From Piromyces finnis finn (Eukaryota; Fungi; Neocallimastigomycota), in assembly GCA_002104945.1 (NCBI GenBank), contig MCFH01000065.1, positions 1 through 64,000 on the forward strand: a DNA stretch of 64,000 nucleotides, given 5' to 3'. The notes under the pieces are model-generated. The model was not told the DNA's origin, made no database searches, and worked only from the letters and a program-made list of their open reading frames with translations. Positions 31,164 through 43,504 of this stretch are shown here, piece by piece (within the stretch, counting starts at the first letter, position 1; the number at the start of each line of letters is the position of its first letter). A program made the translations under genes and the position numbers.

Positions 31164-31589
31164 TGTAACGAGTTTCTATATATAGAATTTATTAATGTAG
31201 GAATTAATAATATTTATATAGAAAAATAAATTTTGTATTCCCTATAAGTCAATAAATTTATTTATTTAAAATAATTTTTTTATTATTATTAAGTTTTTTT
31301 AAAAATAAAGATTTAAATTTAAAAGTTAATAAAAACACCACTATTTAATTTTTGATTCACATCACTTCTATTTATACTTTTTCTAAATCTGATGTGGCTA
31401 AATTAAAAATTAAATTTTCTTTCTAAATTATTCTTTAAATTAATTAAAAATTACATAAAATGAATCTCGTGATAAAAATACATAAAATATTTAATTTTTC
31501 GAATATTCGAACTTATTCTTTTTCGAATAAGTTCTATAAGTTTCTATGAGTCATAAATTAAATTGTTAAATAAATAATTTAAAATAAAT

Positions 31590-31659
31590 TTTGGATCAAG
31601 GTGTGAGTCGAACCCGAGTGATCCAGATTAATGTCTTAAATACTAATCATTAAGACAAT
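31590..31659 (-). other. tRNA-like Pol III cassette in the 3' LTR of element A
   Basis: Sense strand TTGTCTTAATGATTAGTATTTAAGACATTAATCTGGATCACTCGGGTTCGACTC: A-box-like start and B-box GTTCGACTC at tRNA spacing. Confidence 0.55.
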
Positions 31660-32034
31660 ATTAATTTTCTAATAGATTCGTTACATGGTCCTCCTCCAGG
31701 ATTCGGATACCAGACGAATCTTTGGGTTCATTTTATGTTTTATTAAATTAATTTTTTAGGCTATATAACTACTATAAACTTAAACTATACTAATTGAATT
31801 ACAATAAAAATAATTTTTTATATTATACATTTGATATTAAATACATGCTTAAAGTAAATTTAAAATTTAAGAAAATAAATTTTTTTTTTTTTTTTTTTTT
31901 AAGAATAAAATTAAAAATAAAATTAAAATAAATTAAAATAAAGTTTCCGTTGAAATCATTTCTTTTCGTTGAATTCCTTAAGTAGCTCTGGACAATTCAA
32001 ATTATTTTCTGGCTCCCAAGATGCTTCAGATATC

Positions 32035-32403
32035 TGTAACGAAATATTATAATAATAAACACACACACTCTAATGTAATCAAATATATATATATATTTTT
32101 TTTAATAATGTTTATTTATTAAATTTATTATTATAATACGACTAACTCGCTAGGTCAGTGTATTATCAAACTAAAGACGAAACAAAAAAACTAATTTTTA
32201 TTAATTATTAATAAAAACACTAAAGAACTATTTTATCTTTCTTATTCTCTCTTTTATACATGAAAATTATTTTTTTTAATACAATTTGATAAGTGAATTA
32301 ATTACTTAATGATTGGTTATAAAAATATAATTATGAAATTTTCATTAATCTAACCTTAATGATTTTCTAGTCTAACCCTTATCATTAGATATACCTCATT
32401 ACA
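32035..32403. mobile_element. Solo LTR (369 bp) inserted in the chromodomain coding region of A; TSD ATATC
   Basis: TGTAA...TTACA ends; ATATC at 32030-34 and 32404-08. The chromodomain resumes as SEASWEPENNLNCPELL* below 32030. Confidence 0.9.
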
Positions 32404-34483
32404 ATATCGGATATCCTTTCCATTTAATTAGGTATTGAACTTTACCATAATATCTTCTTTTGTCCAATATCTCCTCAACTTCAAATTCTTCATTATTATC
32501 TACAATAACTGGTGGAGGTGGCGGTTGCTTTCTTTTGAACTTATCTTCATGGTAGGGTTCCAATTCTGAAACGTGGATAACTGGATGAATACGAATTTCT
32601 TTTGGTAACTCCAATTTGAAAGAAACTGGTGATATTTTTTCAATTATTTTGTACGGACCAAGTTTTCTAGGTTTTAGCTTCTTATTACCGTTCCGCATTA
32701 TTAGAGAACTGTTAATCCAGACCTTGTCATTTACCTTGAGTTCAGGAGCTTTACTTCTGTGTTTGTTTGCAAATTTTTCTTGTTGATCAATAGATTTCTT
32801 TAAGTTATCTTTAAGAGTTTTAATTATTTCTTTGAAATTTCTTGTAAATTCATCCGCAATTGGTACATCGGTACGACTTGGTAAAATTGGAGAATATTTC
32901 GGATTATAGCCGTAGTTAGCAAAAAATGGTGAAGTTTTAGTAGATTCTTGAACGGCATTGTTGTAACTGAATTCGGCAAGATGTAAGAATTTGTACCAAT
33001 TGGAACCTTTATAATTTGAGTAACACCTTAAGTATTGTTCTACAACGGAGTTTACCCTCTCCGTCAGTCCGTTAGTTTGGTGATGGTAGGATGAAGAAAA
33101 TTTTAGGTTTATATCGAAAGATTTACAAATAGAATTCCAGAATTTAGAGGTAAATTGAGTACCTCTATCCGAAAGAATTTCATTAGGTAATCCATGGAGA
33201 CGAAAAACGTTAATCATGAAAGCATCAGCAGTAGTGGAGGCAGAAGGGATGTTTTCAAAAGGAATAAAGTGGCATAATTTAGTTAATCTATCGGTGACTA
33301 CGAGAACGCAAGTATACTTTTGAGAAGGTGGGAGATCTGTAATAAAGTCCATAGATACGGAAGACCAAGGACGTTCAGCAATTTCCAAAGGAGAAAGAAA
33401 TCCATAAGGTTTGTGTCGAGAGTCCTTCGAACGGCAGCATATTTCACAAGACTTTACATATTCTTTTACATCAGAGAGAAAAGGCCACCAAAAATCACGA
33501 ACAATAAGGGAAATAGTTTTCTTTAGTCCGAAGTGTCCAGCGGAGGGTGAGTCGTGACAAATTTTAAGAACTTCCAAACGACAATCTTGGGGGACATAGA
33601 TCCTATCATTGAATAATAATACACCATCTTGAATTTTAAAGTTTTCGATTTGCGAATGAGGGACAGGTGGAATTTGAGTTTCTAAGTATTTGCATACTTC
33701 AAAGTAGAATTTATCATCTTTGCTATTTGAAATGATTTTATCCATAAGGGGGTTGTTATCCAGAACCAGGGCACAAAAGTTTTCGGGTCTAAGAACGGAA
33801 TTTGGAGTATCATTGGAATCCTTAAAATTTTCTAAGTAATCTGGTCTTCTGGATAAAGCGTCAGGTTTACCATTAGCAGAACCCGACCGATAAACAATAA
33901 TAAAATTAAACTCTGCAAGAAACAAAGACCAACGAACTAATCTTTGTGTCATTTTTTCGGGTTTCTTCTGGTAAAGCAAATTCCTGTGATCCGAGAAAAT
34001 TTTGAAAGGCTGAGCAGTCCCCTTAAGTAAATGACGCCAATTTTCTAAAGCAGCTACAATTGCTAAAAGTTCTTTATCGTAGATCGGATAGTTTCTTTCA
34101 GAAGAATTAAGCGATCTGGAGAAAAATGCTACAGGGTGAACCGTATTGTCTTTTGGATTCGTTTGGGAAAGAATGGCTCCTATAGCAAAATTACTTGCAT
34201 CTGTTTCCACCATGACCACCATGAAGGGTATATCGCGATTCGGGTATGCAAGAACAGGAGAAGAAGCAAATTTGGTCTTGATTAAATTAAAAGAATTCAC
34301 ACACTGATGAGAGAAGCAGAATTTAACATCCTTTTTAAGTAATGCATTAAGTGGTTGTGCGAGATCAGCAAAACCGGCAATGAATCTTCTATAATAATTA
34401 GCTAACCCAAGAAACGCTTGAACCTCTTTAACGTTTCTAGGAGTTGGCCATTCCAGGATAGATGAAATTTTCTTTGGATCCAT
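32399..34483 (-). pseudogene. pol: Element A pol 3' part (RT end, RNase H, integrase, interrupted chromodomain)
   Basis: [62 protein letters not shown]. Confidence 0.9.
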
Positions 34484-34512
34484 TAATATTCCATCAGACG
34501 ATATACGATGAC

Positions 34513-36576
34513 CTAAAAAATCGATAAATGGGACAAAGAACTCACATTTTTCAAGTTTTGCATAAAGTCCGGCTTTTCTAAGTCTTTTAAGTACTTCTTT
34601 GACTTGTATAACATGAGATGAGTTTTAAAATTTTCCGAAAATATAATTAAGTCATCAATATAATTGAAGACAAATACTCCCAAGATTCCATCAAGCCCAT
34701 CATTAATGAAATGTTGGAATACTGCAGGCGCGTTCTTCAAACCAAACGGCATTACAGTATATTCAAAGTGTCCATATTTGCAAGTAAAAGCAGTTTTGAA
34801 TTCATCACCTTCTTTTATCCTCACAAGATTATAAGCTGATCTTAAATCAAGTTTGGAGAAGATCTTGCTTTTACCTAAATGCTCCAACATGTCGTTAATT
34901 AATGGTAAAGGGTAGGAATCACGGACTGTGATTTCATTTAATTTCCTATAATCTTGACATAGACGTAGCTCACCATTTTTTTTCGGAACAAAAAGTACTG
35001 GGGCACCTGCCGGTGATTTTGAAGGTCTGATGAAACCTTTTCGCAAGTTTTCATCAATGTATTCCTTCAATGCCATTGATTCTTTATCCGTTAAAGGATA
35101 AATTGGTCCATAAAAAAGTTTAGAGTCCGGTTTAAGACGGATTTCACAGTCGTATTGCCTGTGAGACGGCAATTGTTCAGCGGTTTTTTCATTAAATACG
35201 TCTTCAAAGGCTTGGAGTTCAGCAGGAAGAAAAACTTCTTTATTGCTTGGAGGGTTGATGGTGGAATCATTATTTTTAGGAAGATTTTTTGTTGAATCAT
35301 GGATATAAGAATTTGTTGAAGTGCTACAAGAAGATTTGGAATCATTAGAAATAGAAGAAATAGCATAAGTAGGGGCAACGTTAGGAATAACAGAGCAATG
35401 TGACAGACAGAAATTTGAATTAAAAGATAATTCTTTTCCAACGAAGTTAATATTAGGGTTGTGCTGATGTAACCATTCAGCACCTAAGATGCCACAATAT
35501 CCCGGAAGGTCTACAATATAGAATATAGTTTTACATTGGTGGTTTTTGTATTTGATCGAAATTGGGATAGATTTACCTAAGATTTGTTGTTCCCCACCAA
35601 TGCCAGAGATTTTGTTGAAAGAGACGGATTTATCAAAAGGAATATTATTTTCTTCGGCAAAGATCACATCTAGTAGGTTAAGTTGAGATCCTATTTCAAT
35701 TAGTAGTTTAGTATTCACGGAGACGTCGGAAGTATTGAGTTGGAACTCAAAGACTGGTTGTTTCAGATTGGGATTATCGGAGAATCTTATTCTAGGCTTC
35801 TTTTCAGGCGTAGTGTTAGAAATATGAGTCCCAGCTGATTTTTCATTTTTACTTCTTTTTGGGCAGTTACTTAACTTATGATCTGGAGAACCACAATACA
35901 GGCAGAGATTTTCCTTAATTCTTCTAGCTTTTTCTTCTGAGGAAAGCGGTCCATAAGTTTTCTTATTTCTTGAAGTGAAAGGTTTTCTATTTGCTTCAGT
36001 TCTTCGGTTTTGAATAGTGTTATTAGAATGATTGTTGTTGAAAAATCTTCTGTTGGTATCGATTCTAGAATCGATTCTTGATGCAATAACTTGTAAATTT
36101 AATAGCGTTTGTGGACCGGGAAACATTTCTAAAATCCTATTGGCGACTTGATCTTGTAATCCAGCTAAGAAGGCGTCCATTTTTGCACTTTCGTTCCAAG
36201 AGGAGTCATCGGAGTATCGGTTAAATTCAAGAATATATTTTTGAATCTCACCGATTTTTCTTTGCTTTATAGTTCGAAGTTTTTGATTAGCCACAAACGT
36301 TGAGTCGTTGTCACCAAACACAGATTTAAGCTTGGCAACAAATGAGTCATAATTTAATAGGCATTCATCATGATTGTGAATTAATGATGCAGCCCAATTC
36401 AAAGCTTCACCATATAGTCTCGAAATGATATAAACGATTTTTGTTTCGTCATCCGCGTAACGCTCTGGGTAGACCATAAAGATTAATTCTATTTTGGCAA
36501 GAAAACCCTTAAAGAAACGACGATTTCCAGCGAAACCATCCTTCAACGTAGCATTATTCATCAATTCTTCATCCAT
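34513..36576 (-). pseudogene. gag-pol: Element A gag-protease-RT, frameshifted near 34613
   Basis: Gag FAGNRRFFKGFLAKIELIF, knuckle CLYCGSPDHKLSNCP, protease motif mutated to IEIGS, YIDD. A 5-bp duplication ATGAG at 34613-22 breaks the frame. Confidence 0.9.
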
Positions 36577-37261
36577 TTTCTTTATTTTATTTATAATATC
36601 TAATTTTAATTTAATTTAATCAGTATAATATATCCAAAAGAATCCAAAAGAATCCAAGAGAATCCAAGAGAGTCCAAAAGAGAGTCCAAAAGAGTCCAAA
36701 AGAGTTCAAAAGAGTTCAAGAGAGTTCAAGAGAGTCTAAGAAAATTCAGGAAGGTTTCAATAAGTTAAAATTTTTTTTTTTTAAAAATAAATAAATTAAT
36801 TAAGGTAAAGGGAATATGTTACAACCGGTGTTTTTATTGTAACGCGATTCTATATAAAGAATTTATTAATGTAGGAATTAATAATATTTATATAGAAAAA
36901 TAAATTTTGTATTCCCTATAAGTCAATAAATTTATTTATTTAAAATAATTTTTTTATTATTATTAAGTTTTTTTAAAAATAAAGATTTAAATTTAAAAGT
37001 TAATAAAAACACAACTATTTAATTTTTGATTCACATCACTTCTATTTATACTTTTTCTAAATCTGATGTGGCTAAATTAAAAATTAAATTTTCTTTCTAA
37101 ATTATTCTTTAAATTAATTAAAAATTACATAAAATGAATCTCGTGATAAAAATACATAAAATATTTAATTTTTCGAATATTCGAACTTATTCTTTTTCGA
37201 ATAAGTTCTATAAGTTTCTATGAGTCATAAATTAAATTGTTAAATAAATAATTTAAAATAA

Positions 37262-37333
37262 ATTTTGTATCAAGGTGTGAGTCGAACCCGAGTGATCCAG
37301 ATTAATGTCTTAAATATTAACCATTAAGACAAT
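37262..37333 (-). other. tRNA-like Pol III cassette in the 5' LTR of element A
   Basis: Second copy: GTCTTAATGGTTAATATTTAAGAC hairpin and GGTTCGACTC B-box. Confidence 0.55.
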
Positions 37334-38218
37334 ATTAATTTTCTAATAGATTCTGTTAAGGAATGAACATAAATAGTTGAATTAGCTAGAATTTTAGGAA
37401 TTAACCTTCAACTATTTATATTCCTTACTAGTGTTTAACTCTATTTTTAAAATATAAAAATTATAATATATAATTTTTATACATTTTTCTAGTAATTATT
37501 CATATTTTTATTATATAGTTATATTATTTGTATATAGTTATTTAAGACCTTTATTATTAGTATTAGTATAATTACTTATAATATTTTATACTTATAAATT
37601 TTACAAAATTTTATTATTAAAATAGTTATAGGAATTTTATTATTATTTAAGGTTTATTTTATTAATTAACTTTATTGTATAATATTTTATAATTTGAAAT
37701 TATGACATAGAATTTAATTATAATTTTTACTAAAAGAGGCAACTGTTACACACAAAACAGAAGATACCTCGACAGAAAAATTATTATTTATGTCTAAAAA
37801 AGGGCATAATTAATTGAATAATATAATTTTATTATATGTCATAATTAAATATATAATATATGATATGCAAAAATGTTACACATATCATAAATTAAAATTT
37901 TATTAATTATAAATTAAAAATTTTTCTATTCAAATATTAAGAGATTATTCATAATATATATTAAGGATTTAATTAATATATGTTACAGTGAATGATCCAT
38001 ATATTATGAATGAAATCAATTTAAATCCTTAGCTATCCAAAACCATTAAATTTCAAATAATGGATAGTTGGAAAAAGTACGAGGATTTTTGAGAAAATTT
38101 TTAAAAATTGAAAAATCAAAAATAAATTAAATGAATAAAAATTAAAATTAAATAAATTTTTATTTTTATAACTATTCAAGTGTTTTGTGATATCTTATTT
38201 GAACCGTAGCATAATTAA

Positions 38219-38237
38219 TGGTGGAGATATCGGGGAT
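38219..38237 (+). promoter_or_regulatory. Primer-binding site of element B, tRNA-Ala-like
   Basis: TGGTGGAGATATCGGGGAT, 7 nt after the 5' LTR; its complement ATCCCCGATATCTCCACCA resembles the eukaryotic tRNA-Ala 3' end. Confidence 0.75.
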
Positions 38238-38627
38238 AATAATAACATATTGATATCACACTACATTTTTATAGTTACTTTTATAATTGTTTTTGTATTA
38301 TTATTTAATTAAAATAGTTAATAATTCAAAAGAGGGTTATACTAGTATAATAAAAAGTTATATACTTCAAGGCACAAATTAAAATAGTTAATAGAGAGAA
38401 ATTAATATTGTTAATTGGTGCAGTTAAGGAAGTATTTTATATTGGTATTACTAGTTTAACTAAAGAGAATAATTATTAGTGTTGTTAATTAAATATATTT
38501 CAAATATTGTTGTAATTCATTCTTTTAAATTCTTATAAAAGAAAATTATTTTTTTTTAAACTTGTTTCATTCTTTAATATTATTGTAAAATTGTATTTTT
38601 ATCTTTATTTAAAACTTGTATATAAAA

Positions 38628-39536
38628 ATGAGTACGGGAGCTGATAAATCTATTGACTTTGCTAAATTAATGAAGGAATTAAAGCATGTCACTAGATTAA
38701 CCGAAGATAATTTGGACATTAAGACTTGGTATAGTCAATTAAAGTATTGGACTATGCTTCAAGATGTTAAAAGTCCAAAAATGGTGTTTCTAGCTTGTTT
38801 GTTTACTACTACAGGAACACCAAATGAACTTATTCAAGAGTTGAATCCTAATAAGGACTTCGAAAGTGATGAAGACAGTGAAGATAGTGATGAAGAAGAT
38901 GAAGGTAGAGGAAAGAGAAGAGCTCACTACCCTTCCCTTAAAAAGATAGTCACTATGTTAGAAGAATTTTATGGAGTAAAGGAAGATCAAATAGAACTTC
39001 TCAAGGAGCTTAGGGATATGCGAATCAAAAAGAATGAAAAAGTAAAAGACTTCAACATAAGGTACCGTTCCTTGTATGTCAAACTAGACAAGAAGCGTAG
39101 AAGGAAAGTAGATGTTGAAGATTACTTAGATTCCATTGAGCCTAACTATAAAGCCTGGGAAAATGTGCGTAGGGAAAAAGAAGTTACCTTAGCAGAAGCC
39201 TACAAGCTTGCCGAAGATGGGGACAGACTAAATTTAAGAAATCGTCATAAAGCTAACAATTATGATGTATCCACCTCTTCTAACTCTGATAAAAGATATA
39301 AAAATAAATATGAAAGAAAAGAAGATAGCTATGAAAGGAACAAGAAGCCAACAATAGCGAATTATGGTAATGATAAGAAAGATCCTATGAATGAGTTGAC
39401 GGAGAAAATGAGAAACTTAACTATCAAAACTTGCTACTTTTGCAACGAGAAGGGACACTTTCAATATCATTGTCCTAAGCTGAGTGCCATAGTAGAAGAA
39501 AACAAACAAAAGGCCAGAAAAGGTCATTTAAATTAG
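38628..39536 (+). CDS. gag: Element B Gag with CCHC zinc knuckle
   Basis: ORF from ATG 38628; CYFCNEKGHFQYHCP; ends GHLN*. Confidence 0.9.
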   Translation: MSTGADKSIDFAKLMKELKHVTRLTEDNLDIKTWYSQLKYWTMLQDVKSPKMVFLACLFTTTGTPNELIQELNPNKDFESDEDSEDSDEEDEGRGKRRAHYPSLKKIVTMLEEFYGVKEDQIELLKELRDMRIKKNEKVKDFNIRYRSLYVKLDKKRRRKVDVEDYLDSIEPNYKAWENVRREKEVTLAEAYKLAEDGDRLNLRNRHKANNYDVSTSSNSDKRYKNKYERKEDSYERNKKPTIANYGNDKKDPMNELTEKMRNLTIKTCYFCNEKGHFQYHCPKLSAIVEENKQKARKGHLN

Positions 39537-42500
39537 ATAGTGGGAGAAGAAGCACTCCCAGTAATCCAAAAATAGCTTCACTTAATAACAGTTCAGTTGA
39601 TAATAATGAGTACTCTGAATATTCTGAGTATTCTGACTTATCAGATAATGAAGAAATATCTTCTATTGAAGATAAAATTATTGCTGCAGCTAAAAGAAAA
39701 GCTAATGATGAAGAAGACTCTTCCAAGAAAAGAGTACAAAAATCATTAAAAGAAGACCCAAGACCAATAGTTACCCCTGCTACTAGGAAGCAACAAGAAC
39801 GTGAACTCAGTAATGAGAGTTTAGAATCAGGTTCACCATCACAACCCAAGAACCAACTTGACACGTCTGTTCTGAGTCAACCTAATATTAACAAGGAAAA
39901 AGAAAAAAGTAAAAGACTCAGAGAAAAACAAAGAAGTAAACCACCAACCCCCATAAATAAAGACGAAAGAGAAGAAAACGAAGATATGGAGGTCAGTATT
40001 GATACGGAAGATAAAGTAGAAGTAGAAAAAGCTAAAAAGAAAAATACAGATATTCTACCGACGTTATTGAAAATGACTAAAGATAAAGAAAAAGATAAAA
40101 CTAAAGAGGAGAAAGTCACACGTAATATCCAAATGAGAGGTGATACCAGTGATTATGATATTTTTGAAGATTTAAACACAGCTAAATGTGATATTACTTA
40201 TGGACAGTTATTTAATGTATACCCAAAAATAAGAACACAACTTTCCCAAGGACTAAAGTTAGAGAAAGTACAAAGCAAGGTATCAGGTGCATTAAATAAC
40301 ATAGTAGCTACTACAACCTTATTAAATAATATCTACCATGACTATATAAGTAAGAATAATGAAGCTTCAGAAGAGGATATAGCAATGGTGGATGCGACTG
40401 TGGATGGAATACCAGGAAAACTACTGGTGGATACGTGTAGTAACTTAAATGTTATTACATCTTCTTTTTACAAAAGACTACCAAAGGAATATGAAGTGGT
40501 AGGAATAAGCAAAGGACGTATTCGACTAGCTACTACTGATGAAGAATACTCTGAGGGTACTGTGGTGCGTATACCAGTTAGAATAGGAGAGGTAGAACTA
40601 GTGGTTGACTTCAGAATACTTGAAAAAGAAGAACCGTTCTATGATATGTTAATAAATTATAAAACTCAAGTAGATAATTTATTATATATAAATCCAGTAA
40701 CCAAGAGCTTATGTCAAGTGAAAGAAAGAGGTGTAGTAGAAGAAATAGTACCTATCAATAACCAATATTATAATGAAGGAAAATTGGTATGTACTATTAA
40801 GAAGATACCAGATGGAGATACTAAAAGCTTGAAGTCTATTGAAGGTTTACCACCTCAGGAGTATATACACAATGAGATATTCTTGAACACCTTACCAAAA
40901 GATAAACGGAAAGAAATACTCCGACTTTTGGAAGAAAACTTAGAGATTATTGCGACGTCTTCTGAGGAATTAACGCCTTCTAAATTATCACCACATAAAA
41001 TAAATCTAAAGGCTGGTGTAAAACCAGTTAAACAAAGAGCTTATAGGTTAACTAAATTTAAATCAGATATACTAAAAGAAGAGTTAACTAAGCTAATAGA
41101 AAAAAAGTTAATAGAGCCGTCCTATTCAGAATGGTCCTCCCCTGTAGTTCTGGTTCCAAAACATAATGGTAAGTGGAGAATGTGTGTGGACTATAGGAGA
41201 GTGAACGACCTCACGGAAAAGGACTCTTATTCACTCCCCTATATTGATGAAATATTTGATAGTCTGAACGGAGCCAAAATATTCACTACTATGGACTTAT
41301 ATTCAGGTTATCATCAAATTTCTATGCATGAGGAAAGCACTGAGGTTACTAGTTTTACTACCAAGTTTGGTAACTATCAGTTTAAGGTCATGCCGTTTGG
41401 GTTAACTAATGCACCAGCAACTTTTCAGAGGGAAATGAATAAGATATTATTTCCTTTAATAGGAAATTGTGTATATAATTTTATTGATGATGTACTCATA
41501 TATTCCAAGAGTGTGGAAGAACACATGGAACATATTAAGAGAGTATTTGAAATATTGAAAGAAAATGAATTAAAAATAAATCTTGAGAAATGTAGTTTTA
41601 TGAAGGAAGAAGTAAATGTATTAGGTCACAGGTTATCTACTAAAGGTTTGAGTCCTTTGGAAAGTAAAATAGAAGCCATAAGGAAGTGGGAAGCTCCAGG
41701 AAATATTCATGAGTTACGTTCATTTTTGGGTGCAGTAGGATATTATCGAAATTTTATTCCTAATTATTCTCAAGTAACCGCGCCCTTATGTGAGTTATTA
41801 AAGAAAAATGTACGATATAAATGGGAAGAAAAACATGAAAAAGCATTTAAAGTATTAAAAGAAAAACTGATAAACGCTCCCATTTTAAAGTTTCCTGAAT
41901 TTGATAAGCCTTTTATCATACGTACGGACGCGTCGTATGAAGGAGTGGGTGGTGTTTTATTACAAGAAGATGAAACTAACAAAATAGAACACCCTGTACA
42001 TTATATTAGTCGAAGTCTTAGTAAAGCGGAGAAGAACTATGGAATAACAGAGTTAGAAGGTGCTGCGTTATTCTTTTGCGTGAGTAAGTTAAAACCTTAT
42101 ATTTTAGGAAACCCGTACACTACTATGGTTTATACGGACCATAAACCACTTTTGGGTTTATTTAAAAATAAGGAACCAAATAGTGCACGTCACAACAGAT
42201 GGTGTCTTACAGTAAGTCAGTTGGATATTGATATTCAATATGATAAAGGAAAGAATAATGTTATAGCTGATGCATTATCAAGAATGAAGAATAAAGAGGA
42301 GAAAAAGATACTGGTAACAAAAATTAATAAAACTAATAATGAAGAGTTATTAACCAAAGTTATTAAGGAGTTTATAGCTGAAAAATTTACTACCATAGAT
42401 GGGAAGGACTATTTCGTAGATGGTAATAACTTACGTCAGCTAATATCTACTGTAGAAGAAAAAGTAAAGTTAATATTTCAAGCACATAACGTAGGTCATG

Positions 42501-43504
42501 AAGGTTATTATAAGACTTATCAAAGGTTAAAGAAAAATTATTATTGGAATGATATGATAGCGGATATTAAAAGAATTATTAGCAAGTGTGAGAAGTGTCA
42601 AGTAAATAGACCACAACCTTATCCAGAACCAACTGAGGACAAAGCTACTAAAGTGGAAGGACCATTTGTACATCTAGGTTTGGATATTATTGGGCCATTA
42701 CCTAAGACAAGAAATAGTAAACAATATATAATAGTCATAGTTGACTATTTTACTAAATGGGTAGAAGCCGAAGCGGTGGAAACTGTTACTTCTCTGGACG
42801 TGATAAAGTTTTTAATAAATGTGTTTGCAAGACATGGGGTACCACAAGTTATTACTACAGATAATGGAACTCAATTTACCTCAGATATGACAAAGATATT
42901 TCTAGACCTATATGACGTATATGTGAAGTTCACAGTTCCCTACCACCCTGAAAGTAATGGATTAACAGAAAACCGAAATAAGGAAATTGGGAAACTTTTA
43001 AGACTTTTAGGGAAAGAAAGTAAAGACTGGGATGAAGTTCTACCTTCCGCGCTTTGGGCCTTAAGAACTACAAAGAATACGGCTACGAAACATTCAAGTT
43101 TTGAGCTAGTTTATGGTAGGGAAGACCAACAACCTTTTGATATAGCTGCCCGACCCACTAAAGATCAAAACAAGAGTTCCGATGAAATTCTTTTGGAAAA
43201 GTTTATAAATCACTACCGATGGACCCTAGAAGCTGCTGAAAATGTAAAGACGGCTAATAAATATTGGTCTATGAGAAGAGAAGAAAAATTAAGTATGAAC
43301 CAAGCTAAGAAAATAAAAGTAGGTGACCTAGTTTTGGTAAGAAACTTCAGTAGAACAAAATTGGAACCTTACTTTGTAGGACCTCTCAAAGTGGTCCAGA
43401 AACAGTTCAATACAGTAGTCTTAGCAGACCCAGAAACTGGAGTACTAATGAACAGAAACGTACATTTCAAAAATGTCGTTAAATATAACTCAGCAACGGA
43501 GTAG
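39527..43504 (+). CDS. pol: Element B Pol (PR-RT-RH-IN), -1 frame entered at slippery site T TTA AAT (39527-33)
   Basis: The -1 frame is stop-free from 39527 to 43504. VDTCS protease motif, FIDD RT motif, TDAS, HNVGH..CEKC, LDII/TDNG/ENRN, YFVGP. No chromodomain. Confidence 0.9.
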   Translation, partial: FKLDSGRRSTPSNPKIASLNNSSVDNNEYSEYSEYSDLSDNEEISSIEDKIIAAAKRKANDEEDSSKKRVQKSLKEDPRPIVTPATRKQQERELSNESLESGSPSQPKNQLDTSVLSQPNINKEKEKSKRLREKQRSKPPTPINKDEREENEDMEVSIDTEDKVEVEKAKKKNTDILPTLLKMTKDKEKDKTKEEKVTRNIQMRGDTSDYDIFEDLNTAKCDITYGQLFNVYPKIRTQLSQGLKLEKVQSKVSGALNNIVATTTLLNNIYHDYISKNNEASEEDIAMVDATVDGIPGKLLVDTCSNLNVITSSFYKRLPKEYEVVGISKGRIRLATTDEEYSEGTVVRIPVRIGEVELVVDFRILEKEEPFYDMLINYKTQVDNLLYINPVTKSLCQVKERGVVEEIVPINNQYYNEGKLVCTIKKIPDGDTKSLKSIEGLPPQEYIHNEIFLNTLPKDKRKEILRLLEENLEIIATSSEELTPSKLSPHKINLKAGVKPVKQRAYRLTKFKSDILKEELTKLIEKKLIEPSYSEWSSPVVLVPKHNGKWRMCVDYRRVNDLTEKDSYSLPYIDEIFDSLNGAKIFTTMDLYSGYHQISMHEESTEVTSFTTKFGNYQFKVMPFGLTNAPATFQREMNKILFPLIGNCVYNFIDDVLIYSKSVEEHMEHIKRVFEILKENELKINLEKCSFMKEEVNVLGHRLSTKGLSPLESKIEAIRKWEAPGNIHELRSFLGAVGYYRNFIPNYSQVTAPLCELLKKNVRYKWEEKHEKAFKVLKEKLINAPILKFPEFDKPFIIRTDASYEGVGGVLLQEDETNKIEHPVHYISRSLSKAEKNYGITELEGAALFFCVSKLKPYILGNPYTTMVYTDHKPLLGLFKNKEPNSARHNRWCLTVSQLDIDIQYDKGKNNVIADALSRMKNKEEKKILVTKINKTNNEELLTKVIKEFIAEKFTTIDGKDYFVDGNNLRQLISTVEEKVKLIFQAHNVGHEGYYKTYQRLKKNYYWNDMIADIKRIISKCEKCQVNRPQPYPEPTEDKATKVEGPFVHLGLDIIGPLPKTRNSKQYIIVIVDYFTKWVEAEAVETVTSLDVIKFLINVFARHGVPQVITTDNGTQFTSDMTKIFLDLYDVYVKFTVPYHPESNGLTENRNKEIGKLLRLLGKESKDWDEVLPSALWALRTTKNTATKHSSFELVYGREDQQPFDIAARPTKDQNKSSDEILLEKFINHYRWTLEAAENVKTANKYWSMRREEKLSMNQAKKIKVGDLVLVRNFSRTKLEPYFVGPLKVVQKQFNTVVLADPETGVLMNRNVHFKNVVKYNSATE

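Noticed and set aside
31686-31705. TGGTCCTCC... as the PBS of a plus-strand element
   Set aside because: All A and F ORFs are on the minus strand, so this is the PPT side. The self-complementary PBS lies at the other LTR.
36632-36740. AAGAGTCCA-type tandem repeats in A's leader, and the triple repeat at about 59945-60040 in D's leader
   Set aside because: Short tandem repeats are common in LTR element 5' leaders and there is no evidence here of a special function.
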